A DNA stretch of 64,000 nucleotides from Paraspadella gotoi (lineage: Eukaryota; Animalia; Chaetognatha). Position numbers and translations under genes: made by a program. The notes beneath the pieces were generated by a model. The model did not search any database. It saw nothing but the letters and a program-made list of their open reading frames with translations, and had not been told where the DNA came from. The DNA lies in contig CM119265.1 of assembly GCA_051294375.1 (NCBI GenBank), positions 17,857,271 through 17,921,270 of the forward strand, read 5' to 3'. Shown in pieces: positions 1-19,056 of this stretch. The first letter of the stretch is position 1. Every line of letters starts with the position of its first letter.

Positions 1-1329
1 CGCGGCCACCCGCCTCCCCGCTTCCCCCTCGACGAAAAGGTCCACTTCTTCTTCGTCGGTAAAAAAAAGCGGCGCGAGATTGATGGAGACCGTCACGGTG
101 ACCTTCGCGCAGTTCCGGCGCCCCTTCTCGGCGGCGGCGCCAGTTTTGTCGGCGCCGCCCCTCGCGTCTCCGACGCATGACTGGACGTTCTAGCGAGAAG
201 CCGCTATCGGGAAATATTTCGAACTGTATCTAAGATCATGGCCGACTTTTTCTACCAGGTTTCCCTGGCAGGTCCTCGCTCGGTCCCGCTACCCGCTTCG
301 CCCGAATCTCTTGGGTTTCCTCTTAACCTCTAAACGCCAAAGTTTGTTTAGGTGCCCTATAAAATATTTTAGAGAAAAAAAAAAAAAACCCCACCCGACC
401 TCTCTCGAAGAGAAAAGTGGCTGGAACCCGATCGATGCCGCCAAAGCAGCGATCGGAAAGCCATAGTCTCATTTTACACTTTAAATTATTCGTCGTCCAT
501 CATGTGGAAGACAAACGTCACACTCGCCCTTCTGAAGTTCTTTCTCTCTTTCGTTAAAATTTGGAGAGAAATGAGGCCTCTCGACCCGAGAAGTAACGAG
601 AGTAAACAGCGACGGATCACAAGATAACGAATCATTCGAAAGACGAAGGGGCGAGTGAACGAAAACCGATTGAGGTAATAATTCCGGCCGATTTTTTGCC
701 CTAGAGGTTTGGAGAGATACAATTCTGCGAGAAAAGAGAAAGGTTTTAAAAATGAAAACAAAAATCAACTGAATAAAAAGAAGAAAATAAGGGGAAAACG
801 GAAACGAGAAAATAAGGAAAGGAAAGGGCAAAGGAAAGAAAAGGAAAGGAAAGGAAAGGAAAGAAAGGAAAGGAAAGAAAGGAAAGGAGAAAAGAAAAGA
901 AAAGAAAAGAAAAGAAAAGAAAAGAAAAGAAAAGAAAAGGAAAGGAAGGGAAAAAAAGAAAGATGAGAAAGAAATAAATATCAGAAAGAAAGAAAGAAGA
1001 AGAAAAGAAAGAAAAGAAAGAAGATATAAGAAAGAAAGAAAGAAAGAAAAGAAAGAAAGAAAGAAAGAAAGAAAGGAAGAAAGAAAGCGAAGAAAAAAAG
1101 AAAAGAACAGCGACAAGACAAGCAAATTAGAGAAGAAAACATCCGAAGGCTTCTTGCCTCAAAAAAATCAAAAATTCTTGTTGGGCGAAATCGAGTTCCG
1201 TCATTCATTTCGTCGGCTTTTCGATTCGCCTCCGGACCGGAGCTTTCGCTAAAACGCGACCCTGACACGTCGACAAAGACCGATAACACGCTCTCTCTCT
1301 CTGTCTTCTCTCTCTCTCCTCTCTCTCTC

Positions 1330-1372
<43 letters not shown>

Positions 1373-1635
1373 TCTCTCTCTCTTCTCTCTCTCTCTCTCT
1401 CTCTCTCTGTCGTGTGATTAAGCTTAGTTTTTCTTCTCCCTCGCTTCGTTTCGGAATTGGCTTGTTTTTGTTGGTTGTCACGTCCGCCCAACAAATCTCG
1501 ACGCGCAGAACGTCACTTCTCGCTCGTCCGTTTCGATATCGTCGTCGTCGTCTCTCGAAAAACGGCGGGAAATTAAAAAAAACTTGGCGCCATTTATTCA
1601 AAATCACGTGACCTCGACGGGGAGCATCCTTCATT
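1..1635 (-). repeat. Inverted copy of about 16043-17635
   Basis: Ends GGAGCATCCTTCATT, the reverse complement of AATGAAGGATGCTCC at 16043-16057. It is colinear with scattered 1-2 nt indels and abuts the 25-N gap at 1636-1660. Confidence 0.9.
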
Positions 1636-1660
1636 NNNNNNNNNNNNNNNNNNNNNNNNN

Positions 1661-8111
<6,451 letters not shown>

Positions 8112-8136
8112 NNNNNNNNNNNNNNNNNNNNNNNNN

Positions 8137-11100
8137 CTGGAAATAAAGTTATGATTATTGAATATGTGAAATAAAATTAATATCAAATTATTTATTGATG
8201 CAGAATGATGACTACAAAAAGGAAAATCCATGTTTAATTTAGCCAAGTTATTTAGTGAGCAGTTATCTAAAATCGGGAAAAAATATAATTTCATAATCGC
8301 ATCAGAAATCTAAATAAATAATAAATAGCAAAAGAAAAATCTTTTCTTTTCGTCAGAGAAACTCGGGACGTCAGAATTGACGCTGAGGCTCTAATGGGGT
8401 TTTTTGTGTCGCCGTTTCCATTTTGTTCGTCGGAGAATAAAACGAATTCAGCGCCACGACGGAAAAAAATAAAAAACGAAAAAAAGAGGAACTTGTAAAT
8501 GAACGGCAAACTGAAGAAGCAAAATTACTGTAATTTTTTTTTTGTATGTGAACCATTTAACTACTTAAAAGAATTAGAATGAATTAATTTATGAATGTCA
8601 AGTATTGTGTTGAATAACGTCATTTTTATTTTGTTTCTTCTTTGTTTCTTGTTTCTTTATTTCTTTTCTTTCTTTCTTTATTTTCATAATCCTTTTATTT
8701 TTCTTCACTTCCTTGTGATCTTTTCGTCTGATCGTCGTTTCTTCGTCGGCGTCGTCGACTGTGAGGATTGGCGGCTGCGGCGCCCCCTCGTGTCAGGGCA
8801 GCCGGAAAACGGCGAGGCTGCGCGCCGCAGGGGCTTTCAGAGGCGGCAGGGCAAGCCGATAGCGGCGTCGCCCATGTTCTTTGATGTCGGATCTCATCTT
8901 AGATTCAGTTTCCGCTTTGATCGAGAATTTTTATTTTATTTTATTTTATCTCCTTCGAAGCCGGGGAATAAATTCAAATAAATTCATGCGAGTAAACGAC
9001 TTGAGCGCCTCGCCCGCTGCGACGCCGCCACTGCCGACTCAGCGCATCCTCGTAGTAAAGAGTTAAAACGTTGGATTTGCCACTATAAACTATATTACAC
9101 TACTATTACAGTAGGGCCTAAAATGATATTCTAAATTATTTTAAACATTTTTTTTGAAATTTTACAATACATTATGAATAAATAAGCTATCTTGTCTCTG
9201 ACCTTTACATGTTACGGACAATAGTGGCTTAAGTCCTCCATCCTCTTGCAACATATTAAAATTATTAATAAATAACGTTAATAACTGGAACTTAAATTAT
9301 ATTCATACAGAGATCATTCACAGAGCATCCGAAAATCGTGGCAGAGCTAGACAGTAGACACGCAATCTTTCGTTTCTCGTCAGTCGTCACGCCCGTAGCA
9401 GACGGCCTCGTTCTTCGCAAGGACGCGTAACGAGCGTCGAAACTCCCGCTGCTCTTCTCGGCGACCGCTCGTTTTCCCGCCGCCTCCGCCTCCTCGCTCT
9501 GTTTACGACGAAAGGCTTCCGATCCTTCTCGTTTCTATTCTCGTTTATTTCTTCTTTTGTTTTGTCGTTTTGTCGTCGTATTTACGGCCCGATCGCGTGG
9601 TAGGGCGAAACGGGAGGCCCACAAGAGCATCAATATGTTAGAACGGAGTAACTTCATTTGGGTAAGCTTGATAGGTTTTTCGGTTTGTTTAAAGGTTGCG
9701 GCTTGTCATTGAAATTAAATTTGTGTGGTTTCATCGGCTGAAAAAGGTGATGCATACTTGTGCAGGTGATTCAAAATCCCACAGAGCGGGTCGTGGTGAA
9801 TCTTCTGAATCGGGTCTCACATGTGGAGAAGCATGCTTTTTAGCGTAACAGGCTTGATTCTTTTTTTTTTCAAAGATTTAGCATGAAATTTTTCTATGCA
9901 GCCCACATCGCACCGCTGGTGTAGTGGTATCATGCAAGATTCCCATTCTTGCGACTCGGGTCTCGATTCCCGGGCGCCGTGCATGCGTATTTCTATTCTA
10001 CTCTATTACTTTTTTTTTGAAGCCATCAATAGCCAATAAATTTATGACCCTTAAAAATTATCAAACACCAGTTTACGAATTAATATCGCTAGACAGACAG
10101 GGTGCATAGATGATTTCTCTCCCTTCTGCCTCGGTTCAAATACGCCATTCGTCAATCCGTTTTCAGCCGTCAATAATTAAGACGTATCGACCGCGGCCAT
10201 ATGCTTCAGACTCTATCGCGCATATTCCGCGCGGGACTGTTTTAAACGAAAGCCCCAGCCTCACAACACTCACTCGGTTTTGTTTTTTTTTTTAGCCGTG
10301 TTGCGAGGGTATTTTGGGGAATTAATTCAGTATTTTCGTGTTAAGTTTTGATTCGATAATTTAATTTAGAAATAAGTAAGTTGGTTTAATTCTAGCTATC
10401 CGTTGATGTATTTGGCCGTCCTCGACTACCGTCAGTTACCGAGTGTCCAACGGCCACGGCAAGCGCGGCAAGGGACGCTCGCCTCTATTCTTAGTGTCTC
10501 GAAAGGCAGAAACAAAATCTAATTCAATTACGATGAACAACTGCTGTAAACCGCGAGAATTTGCGAAACTTTGCTGTCGCCCAAACAGCGCAACAAGCCT
10601 GTCTAATCTTCTTCTTAAACGAGAAACTTGCAGACAAAAATTACGACGACACGACGACGACGACGACGACGACAACGACGTCATTTTGCCTCCCGCCCCC
10701 ATCTCTCCATCCGTCTCCTTTTCTTCCTCGGCCTTTTTCCGCGGTCATTTTTTTTTTGACCCCGAGTTCTTTTTTTTTCTACTTTCCCACGGCTTAAAAA
10801 TTATTTTCTTCCCACGATGCGGATGTTCGTCTGCGCAATTTTCTTGACTTTTACCTTCGAGACCCACCCGAAATATTCGTTCAACTTTAAAATCGACGGT
10901 AGTTCCTTTCGCAATTCACCCCACCTTACCCTTCTTTCTTTCACATCCCTCGCTTTTTCTTCTTTCCCACTCACCCACCCTCTCTCTCACTCCCCTTGCC
11001 CCTCCGAACATCATTACTCCAACCATACTCTTCTTTTTTTATCTTCCCAAAACCTCTTCTTATCTTCCATAAACACATAATGGGCCTCATTCCAATGTAC

Positions 11101-11179
11101 CTTTAGGATTTTTACGATATCGCCGCGGAGACGGCATAATCTCTCTCTCTCTTCTCTCTCTCTCTCTCTCTCTCTCTTC

Positions 11180-11210
<31 letters not shown>

Positions 11211-12490
11211 CTCTCTCTCCTTCTCTCTCTCTTCCCCACTGGGCATATTCATCTCCCTCTCTCTTCTCACTCATCCAATCCCGACTTCCCCCATTACATT
11301 TCTTAATCCTACGTTAAACCTTTCCTTTCTTACCCTTTCTTTTACACTCCCTTCTTTCCTCCTCCACTCCTCATTAACCCCACCCCCGGCCACCCCCGCC
11401 TCCGCTTCCCCCTCGACGAAAGGGTCCCTTCTCTCGTCCGGTAAAAGCGCGCGAGATTGATGGATGACGTCACGGGTTGACCTCGGCGTTCCCGGCGCCC
11501 TTACTCGGCGGCCGCGCCAGTTTTCGGCGCCCCCCTCGGTCTCCGACGATTGCTGGGGCGTTTCTAGCGGGAGCCGACTATCGGGAAAATATTTCGAACT
11601 GTATCTAAATCCATGGCCTACCTTTTTTCTCCAGGTTTTCCCTGGGGGCCAGGGTTTTTCCCTTCGCTCCGGTCGCTACCCGCCTTCGCCCGAATCTCTG
11701 GGTTTCCTCTTTAACCTCTAAACGCCAAAAGTTGTTTTAGGTGCCCAATAAAATATTTAGAGAAAAAATAATGACCCACCCGACTCTCTCGAAGAGAAAA
11801 GTGGCTGCGAACCCGATCGATGCCGCAAAGCAGCAATCGGAAAGCCAATCTTCATTTTCACTTTAAATAATTCGTCGTCCATCATGTGGAAGACAACGTT
11901 CCAACACTCCGCCCTTCGACAGTTCTTCTCTCTTTCTCGTTAAAATTGGAGAGAAATGAGGCCCTCGACCCGAGAAGTAACGAGGAGTCACGAGATTTCA
12001 CAGGATAACGAATCATTCGAAAGACAAGGGGCGAACGTGAACGAAAATCCGATGAGCGGTCAATAATCCGCAGATTTTTTGCTCCTAGAGGTTTGGAAAG
12101 TTCATCTGCCGCAGCAAAAAGAGAAAGCTTTAAAAAATGAAACCAAAATCAAACTGATAAAAAGAAGAAAATAAGGGAAACGGAAAACGAGAAGTATGAG
12201 AGGGGAAAAGGAAGAGAAAAGGAAAGGAAGGAGGAAAAAAGGAAAGGAAAGGAGGAAAGGAAAGGAATGGAAAGGAAAGGAAAGAAGGAAAGACAGAAAG
12301 GAGAAAGGAAAGGAAATAAAGAAAGACAGAACAGAAAAAGAAAGAAAGACAAGAAAAGGAGGAAAGAAAGAAAGAATAAAAAGAAATAAAGAAAAAAGAA
12401 AAGAAAGAAACAAAGAAAGAAACGAGGAGAGAAGAAGAAGAAAGGAAGAAAGAAAGAAAGAATGAAAGATATAAAGAAAGAAAGAACCAA
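8137..12490 (-). repeat. Inverted copy of about 16600-20874
   Basis: Starts CTGGAAATAAAGTTATG, the reverse complement of 20858-20874. It ends inside the GAAA microsatellite, where unique sequence begins. Confidence 0.88.
9910..9983 (+). tRNA. tRNA-Gly(CCC), inverted duplicate copy with indel errors
   Basis: Same sequence as the 18986 copy but with small insertions in the T arm and acceptor stem (GGGTCTCGA, GGCGCCGTGCA). It lies in the error-rich inverted copy of the block. Confidence 0.65.
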
Positions 12491-12629
12491 AATGTAAGAG
12501 TAATCTGTGGCGGTCAGAGACGATATTTAGACCGATCCTTTTCGTCCGTCAGGTTACGAACCTCGTCCGCGGGGATGGCGCTGATGGAGGAGGCGACGCC
12601 ACCATCTCCGTCGTTTCTACCTCTGGGGG

Positions 12630-13310
12630 ATGAACGAGGAATTTGAATGCGAATCCTCAGGACGCACGCGCAGGCAGCTTTTCACTCGACGAAGCCAAAG
12701 CGGGCTGGAAAAGGTGGCGGCGTCGAGCAGCGGGAGAATCAGCAGCGGACGGACAAACGAACGCGGCGACGCGAATCAGGAAATAAACTCAAAAGAAGAA
12801 GAGGAAACAAGAAAAAAAGCGAAGAGAAACGAAGAACGGAAAAGAATCGGGAAAGAAGCTTCACGAAACGAGAGGCCGGAAAGGAAGCGCGGATCCGGCC
12901 GCCAACGCGCCGCCTTCCCCGTCTTCTCAGTCCGGCGTTCTCCGCCAGCCCCGCCTCTCGATCTCCGCCGCCTTTTCTCCACCATCGCCCTCAGCGTCGT
13001 CGACGACGAATACACGCGGCAAGTCCTTCGGCTTCTCTTCTCTCGCCGACTTTTACGCCGCCCGCTTCTTCCGCCGTCGCTCATGGACTCCATCGAGCGC
13101 CCATCGTCTACGTCAACTCGCGAGAACGATCCGCTCGTTCCGCCGGAGCTGCAGCGGATTTGCGCGGCGACTGGCGGCCAAGAAGCCCACGTCGTTCCAC
13201 GTCGACGTTCCCTTCGCGGCCATTTGGGGTTTTACGAGGGCGGGACGTGGACGCCGAAGCGTCACGTGGATCGACAGGTTGGAGGGAGGGATGCATGTCG
13301 CGTGATGTAG
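12630..13310 (+). CDS. Possible ORF of unknown function (226 aa) in a GC-rich island
   Basis: ATG-initiated ORF with no recognisable motif. Overlapping frames are also open, so it may be non-coding. Confidence 0.15.
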   Translation: MNEEFECESSGRTRRQLFTRRSQSGLEKVAASSSGRISSGRTNERGDANQEINSKEEEETRKKAKRNEERKRIGKEASRNERPERKRGSGRQRAAFPVFSVRRSPPAPPLDLRRLFSTIALSVVDDEYTRQVLRLLFSRRLLRRPLLPPSLMDSIERPSSTSTRENDPLVPPELQRICAATGGQEAHVVPRRRSLRGHLGFYEGGTWTPKRHVDRQVGGRDACRVM

Positions 13311-14615
13311 TCATGGTGGGAAGCTTTGCCACGATTTGGGGGAGGAAGAGGACTGGAAACTAAGAATCGTTTCGCCACAGATTCATTGTCAATGTCTGGA
13401 CGGCCGTCTGCGCCAGAAGATCGCCCGCGAAAGCCGACAACGACAGCGACGAAGACGGCGGGATCCAACGGTAGAAAATCCGAAACGAGGCGGTCGTTGA
13501 AAATAAAGAAGATCGGAAGCGAATCCGAACGAGGCCTCAATAACAAACGAGGGCGAAGCGCGCGGATGAGACGACTTTAAAGAGCGAGACGCAGCTCCGG
13601 AGTGGGCGTGCGGATCAGGATGAGAGCGGTTGGAAGTTGTTGGGCGAGAATCGGCCTCAATAATTCGACGGTCGATGATCCGCCAAGACGTTTTCTCTCG
13701 ATCCGGTTTTGGACGATGCTTGCTCCTTTTTTGCGATATGGTGCAATATTATCTTAATCCATCCTGGTTTAATTTTATTTTTTTTTTTTAAAGTCGCGTC
13801 ATGTTTAGTTTCGTCATTCTGTTTTATCGAGAGTTTTAATAATATTAAGAAAACGACTAGTTAAATTCAAACAGTACGAAAATATCGATTTTTAAATTTC
13901 AGAAATGATCAAGCTAAAAAACATGTGCTTAGTTTAAATTCTTTTCAATTGCCTTTCTGATAATTGCATAATTTATGTGCCTTAAATTGGATGATAAGAT
14001 AATTATTAGCTTAAAGTTAAAGAGCATTCCTAATAATTGTTTCTTTATCACTGGTGCTCTCTTATGTGCTCGCTCTTGTTCCTCCTCTCTTCCGCCTCCT
14101 CTTCTTCTTCTCTCTCTCCTCGTCTCTCTCCCTCTCTTCTCCCTCTCCTCTCTCTCTTCTCCTCTCTCTCTCTCTTCTCTCCTCTCTCTCGTCTCTCTCT
14201 CTCTCTTTTCGGTCTTTTGTCAAATTACATTCTCAGACTCTCGCGCTTTCTCGTCACTTTGACGCAGAAAACCATCAAGATTCATTCTTTGATGAGTCTT
14301 GATTTTGTTATTCCAAACTAGCGTCTCTGCCTTCGATCAAAATTTATTATTTACCACTCAAATATTTTATTCGTTAGTAGTGAGGGATCGGATGTTATTT
14401 CAGAGCCGTCTGGTTATACCTCTGGTTATAAAGTTGCCTCAAAAAATGGCAAAATATATTTTTTTATGAAAAATATCATTCCTGAAAGATTCCATATTTT
14501 TGGAAAATTATACTTATCATAACAAATTTTCAAATATTTTTTCAAAGGGAATAAAACAAGAGATATTTGAAGAAAATAAACGTAAAAATAGCATGGAAAT
14601 ACCGGCTTTACTTAC

Positions 14616-14636
14616 CTGAAACCGATCGTTGATTGG
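14616..14636 (-). CDS. Putative 21-nt microexon of an unidentified minus-strand gene
   Basis: Minus strand: long polypyrimidine tract ...CTCTCTTCTTATATTTCCTAG | CCAATCAACGATCGGTTTCAG | GTAAGT. The length is a multiple of 3 and all three frames are open. Confidence 0.55.
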
Positions 14637-15450
14637 CTAGGAAATATAAGAAGAGAGTGATAGAAAAGAATAGAAAAGACAAGAAGAAGATAGAAGTGAG
14701 TAGATAAAATAATTGAATAATGACAGTCAGAAAGTATAAATATCAACGAATGCATTGTTTTGAAAATTGAAATATATTTTAATAATTTAACTCGGCGATA
14801 TACGGGCTCTTTGAACGAAAAGAAAAGTTCGAAGAATTTCCGCTTGCCTTTTTTGTGTTCGCTTTCCTCGAGAAGACACCTCGAAACAAATGACGCAGTT
14901 TCAGTTCCAACTTCGTTGTTTTATCTGATTGCCCATTGATGGTCACAAAATTGTTATCCAAAAATGCTACGTCGATAAATAAAAATTTTCATCATGTATT
15001 ATAAATTTCAAAAATTGCTTTATGAAAAAATAAGCTGAAGAAAATTAAAAATGTTGAGAGAAACTCTCATCGCTTAGCAGAGACGTCGAATGACACCATC
15101 TCACTCTGCTCCTTTTATAAACATAAAACAACCGTGAGGATGAATGCGTGATGCGCCGATTATGACTAGGAACGCCATACATCTCGTTAGCTTGTGTTTC
15201 TCAAAGGCTTCAGACTTTTTTTCTAGTACTATAACCTAACAAACAAACAAACAAAAAAAAATACTAGTGAATAAAATTAGCGATTACTACAATTACAAGT
15301 ACAGAAATATTTGAGTCATTTCTACAAACTAAACAGAATAAGTTTCACATAGTAGAAATATTTATAGTAGCGTCCGTGAGAAGAAAAGCCTCGCACCCTT
15401 TGAAATAAGCGATTGCGTTCTACCTTGGCCCTCTGAAGAGAAGTAAGTAT

Positions 15451-15689
15451 TGTCATGTCCTTAGTGACAGAACCGTTCATTAATAAGCAAGTCCCTGAGC
15501 TCCGTTCAGGCTGTAACACGTGTTTACAGGGGTTAAGCGCCCCGTCCCTCTTAACTGCAGACGGACGCACCGGGTAGAACCCCGGACCTTTGGGCGAAAT
15601 GAATGCCTCCGGGCACCAATGGCCGTTTGATTAACGTAGGTGGATTTTGTCCACCATACCTCTTTCTCATACGGGATTCGAGAAAAGAG
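15451..15689 (+). ncRNA. Candidate structured RNA element (unidentified)
   Basis: Seven consecutive stem-loops plus a possible H-type pseudoknot, in a GC-richer island within AT-rich DNA. No match to an RNA family I can recognise. Confidence 0.4.
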
Positions 15690-16017
15690 AATCAGCACCA
15701 GGATTATTATTTTTATTTTCATCGTGTTTCCCGATGCAGCTAGATGCGATAGTTGAATTCGCAGCCCACTTTCATTGGTACTACAAAAGTTTATTTTTTT
15801 GCGTGCTGGAACAGATTCCAGCGGTTTGAATACAGTGGAAGTTCACGATTTGTTTAAAAGGATAAATGGAGTTTAAAAAGGTAGCGATCTCCTTGTATAA
15901 AAAAAAAAAGGCTAATAAATGCTTCCTCTCAGCGCAGACGAGACCAAAGAGTTCCGAGCGTCAAGAGCCAGACGACCGCCGGAGACTGGAAAAAAACATA
16001 AACCAAAGCTTTTGGAA

Positions 16018-16090
16018 GATAATGGCGGCTTTTTAAGACGCCAATGAAGGATGCTCCCCGTCGAGGTCACGTGATTTTGATAATGGCGCC
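16018..16090. promoter_or_regulatory. Promoter-like motif cluster (YY1-like ATGGCGGC and ATGGCGCC, E-box GTCACGTGA)
   Basis: Motif matches only: TAATGGCGGC at 16020, GTCACGTGAT at 16066, TAATGGCGCC at 16081. Confidence 0.25.
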
Positions 16091-16275
16091 AAGTTTGTTT
16101 TTATTTCCCGCCGTTTGTTTCGAGAGACGACGACGACATATCGACGGACGAGCGAGAAGTGACTCGCGCGTCGAGATTTGTTGGCGGACGTGACAACAAC
16201 AAAAACAAGCCAATTCCGAAACGAAGCGAAGGGATGAAGAAAAACTAAGCGTTAATCACACGACAGAGAGAGAGA

Positions 16276-16332
<57 letters not shown>

Positions 16333-16554
16333 GAGAGAGAAGGGGAGAAGAGAGAAGAAGAGACGAGAAGAGAGAGAGCGTATGCGCGTCTTTGTCGACG
16401 TGTCAGGGTCGCGTTTTAGCGAAACAACTCGGTCGAGGCGAATCGAAAGACCGACGAAATGACGGAACTCGATTTCGCCAACAGAATTTTTGATTTTTTT
16501 GAGGCAACGAAGCCTTCGGGATGTTTTTCTTCTCTAATTTGCCTTGTCTTGTCG

Positions 16555-16580
16555 CTTTTCTTTTTTTTTTTCTTTCTTTT

Positions 16581-16633
<53 letters not shown>

Positions 16634-16830
16634 TTTCATTTCTTTCCTTTCTTTTCTTTCTTTCTTTTCTTTCTTATTTCTTTCTCTTCTTTCTTTTTCC
16701 TTTCTTTTCTTTCTTTTCTTTTCTTTCTTTTCTTTTCTTTTCTTTTCTTTCTCCTTTTCCTTTTCCTTTCCTTTCCTTTCCTTTCCTTTCCTTTCCTTTC
16801 CTTTCCTTTCCTTTCCTTTCCTTTCCTTTC
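16555..16830. repeat. Compound pyrimidine microsatellite (TTTC)n/(TTTTC)n/(TTTCC)n
   Basis: Directly visible. The same tract is copied at about 2080-2350, 810-1105 and 12200-12490, and similar tracts occur at 34245-34550, 35625-35740 and 42645-42850. Confidence 0.95.
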
Positions 16831-17799
16831 TTTTTCCCCTCCTTTCGTTTATCTTCTCGTTTCCGTTTTCCCTTATTTTCTTCTTTTTATTCAGTTGATT
16901 TTTGTTTCATTTTTTAAACCTTTCTCTTTTTCTCGCAGATGACTTTCCAAACCTCTAGGGCAAAAAATCGCCGGAATTATTACCCTCATCGGATTTTCGT
17001 TCACTCGCCCCTTCGTCTTTCGAATGATTCGTTATCTTGTGAATCGTCGTGACTCTCGTTACTTCTCGGGTCGAGGGCCTCATTTCTCTCCAAATTTTAA
17101 CGAAAGAGAGAAGAACTTCGAAGGGCGAGTGTGACGTTTGTCTTCCACATGATGGACGACGAATATTTAAAGTGAAAATGAGACTTGGCTTTCCGATCGC
17201 TGCTTTGCGGCATCGATCGGGTTCCAGCCACTTTTCTCTTCGAGAGAGTCGGGTGGGGTTTTTTTTTTTTCTCTAAATATTTTATAGGGCACCTAAACAA
17301 CTTTTGGCGTTTAGAGGTTAAGAGGAAACCCCAGAGATTCGGGCGAAGGCGGGTAGCGGACCGAGCGAGGACCTGCCAGGGAAAACCTGGAGAAAAAAGT
17401 CAGGCCATGGATCTTAGATACAGTTCGAAATATTTCCCGATAGCGGCTCTCGCTAGAAACGCCCCAGCATCGTCGGAGACCGAGGGGCGGCGCCGACAAA
17501 CTGGCGCCGCCGCCGAGAAGGGCGCCGGGAACGCCGAAGGTCACCGTGACGTCATCCATCAATCTCGCGCCGCTTTTTACCGACGAGAGAAGGGACCTTT
17601 TCGTCGAGGGGGAAGCGGGGAGGCGGGGGTGGCCGGGGGTGGGGTTAATGAGGAGTGGAGGAGGAAAAGAAGGGAGTGGTAAAAGAAAGGGTAAGAAAGG
17701 GAAAGGTTTAACGTAAGGATTAAGAAATGTAATGGGGGAAGTCGGGATTGATGAGTGGATGAAGAGAGAGGGGGATGATGAATATGCCCAGGTTGGGGA

Positions 17800-17896
<97 letters not shown>

Positions 17897-18985
17897 GTCT
17901 CCGCGGCGATATCGTAAAAATCCGTAAAGGTACATTGGAATGAGGCCCATTATGTTTTTGGAAGATAAGAAGAGGTTTGGGAAGATAAAAAAAGAAGAGT
18001 TATGGTTGGAGTAATGATTTCGGAGGGGCAAGGGGAGTAGAGAGAGGGTGGGTGAGTGGGACAGAAGAAAGCGAGGGATGTGAAAGAAAGAAGGGTAGGT
18101 TGGGTGAATTGCGAAAAGGAACTACCTCGATTTTAAAGTTGACGAATATTTCGGGTGGGTCTCCGAAGGTAAACGAGTCAAGAAAATTGCCGACGAACAT
18201 CCGCATCGTGGGGAGAAAAAAAATTTTTAAGCCGTGGGAAAGTAGAAAAATAGAACTCGGGGTCAAAAATGTTCCGCGGAACCGAGGAAAAGGAGACGGA
18301 TGGAGAGATGGGGGCGGGAGGCAAAGACGTCGTCGTCGTCGTTCGTCGTCGTATTTTGTCTGCAAGTTTCTCGTTTAAAGAGATTAGACAGGCTTGTTCG
18401 CTGTTTGGGGCGACAGCAAAGTTTCGCAAATTCTCGCGGTTTACAGCAGTTGTTCATCGTAATTGAATTAGATTTTGTTTCTGCCTTCGAGACACTAAGA
18501 ATGAGCGACGTCCCTTGGCCGCCTTGCCGTGGCGTTGGGACACTCGGTAGTGAGACGGCCAAATACATCAACGGATAGCTAGAATTAAACCAACTTACGT
18601 TTATTTTTCTAAATTAAATTATCGAATCAAAACTTAACAAACGAAAATACTGAATTAATTCCCCAAATACCCTCGCAACACGGCTACAAAAAAAACAAAC
18701 CGAGTGAGTGTTGTTAGGCTGGGGCTTTCGTTTAAACAGTCCCGCGCGGATATGCGCGATAAGTCTGAAGCATATGGCCGCGTCGATACCGTCTTAATTA
18801 TTGACGCTGAAAACGGATTACGAATGGCGTATTTGAACGAGGCGAAGGGAGAGAAATCACTATGCACCCTGTCTGTCTAGCGATATTAATCGTAAACTGG
18901 TTTTGATAATTTTTAAGGGTCATAAAATTTATTGGCTATTGATGGCTCTCAAAAAAAAAGTTAATAGAGTAGAATAGAATACGCA

Positions 18986-19056
18986 TGCACCGCCCGGGAA
19001 TCGAACCCGAGTCGCAAGAATGGGAATCTTGCATGATACCACTACACCAGCGGTGC
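18986..19056 (-). tRNA. tRNA-Gly(CCC), intact copy
   Basis: 71-nt cloverleaf: acceptor GCACCGC/GCGGTGC plus discriminator A, A box TGGTGTAGTGG, anticodon arm CAAGA-TTCCCAT-TCTTG, B box GGTTCGATTCC. A T-run Pol III terminator lies about 27 nt downstream (A-run 18952-18959 on +). Confidence 0.95.

Noticed and set aside
15340-15451. U1 snRNA-like start on the minus strand (ATACTTAC ... GCGAGGCTT)
   Set aside because: It lacks the U1-70K loop GATCACGAAG, the U1A loop ATTGCAC and an Sm site. ATACTTAC is simply the complement of a GTAAGTAT sequence.
15492-15533. miR-125/lin-4 seed TCCCTGAG
   Set aside because: The rest of the mature sequence does not match, and no continuous pre-miRNA stem forms.
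15572-15681. RNase MRP assignment from CCCCGGACCT...GGGC and CGGGATTC
   Set aside because: CR-I lacks the AAGUCC core with its bulged U, CR-V lacks GGGGCUYA, and no P1 closing helix is found. It is kept only as an unidentified structured element.
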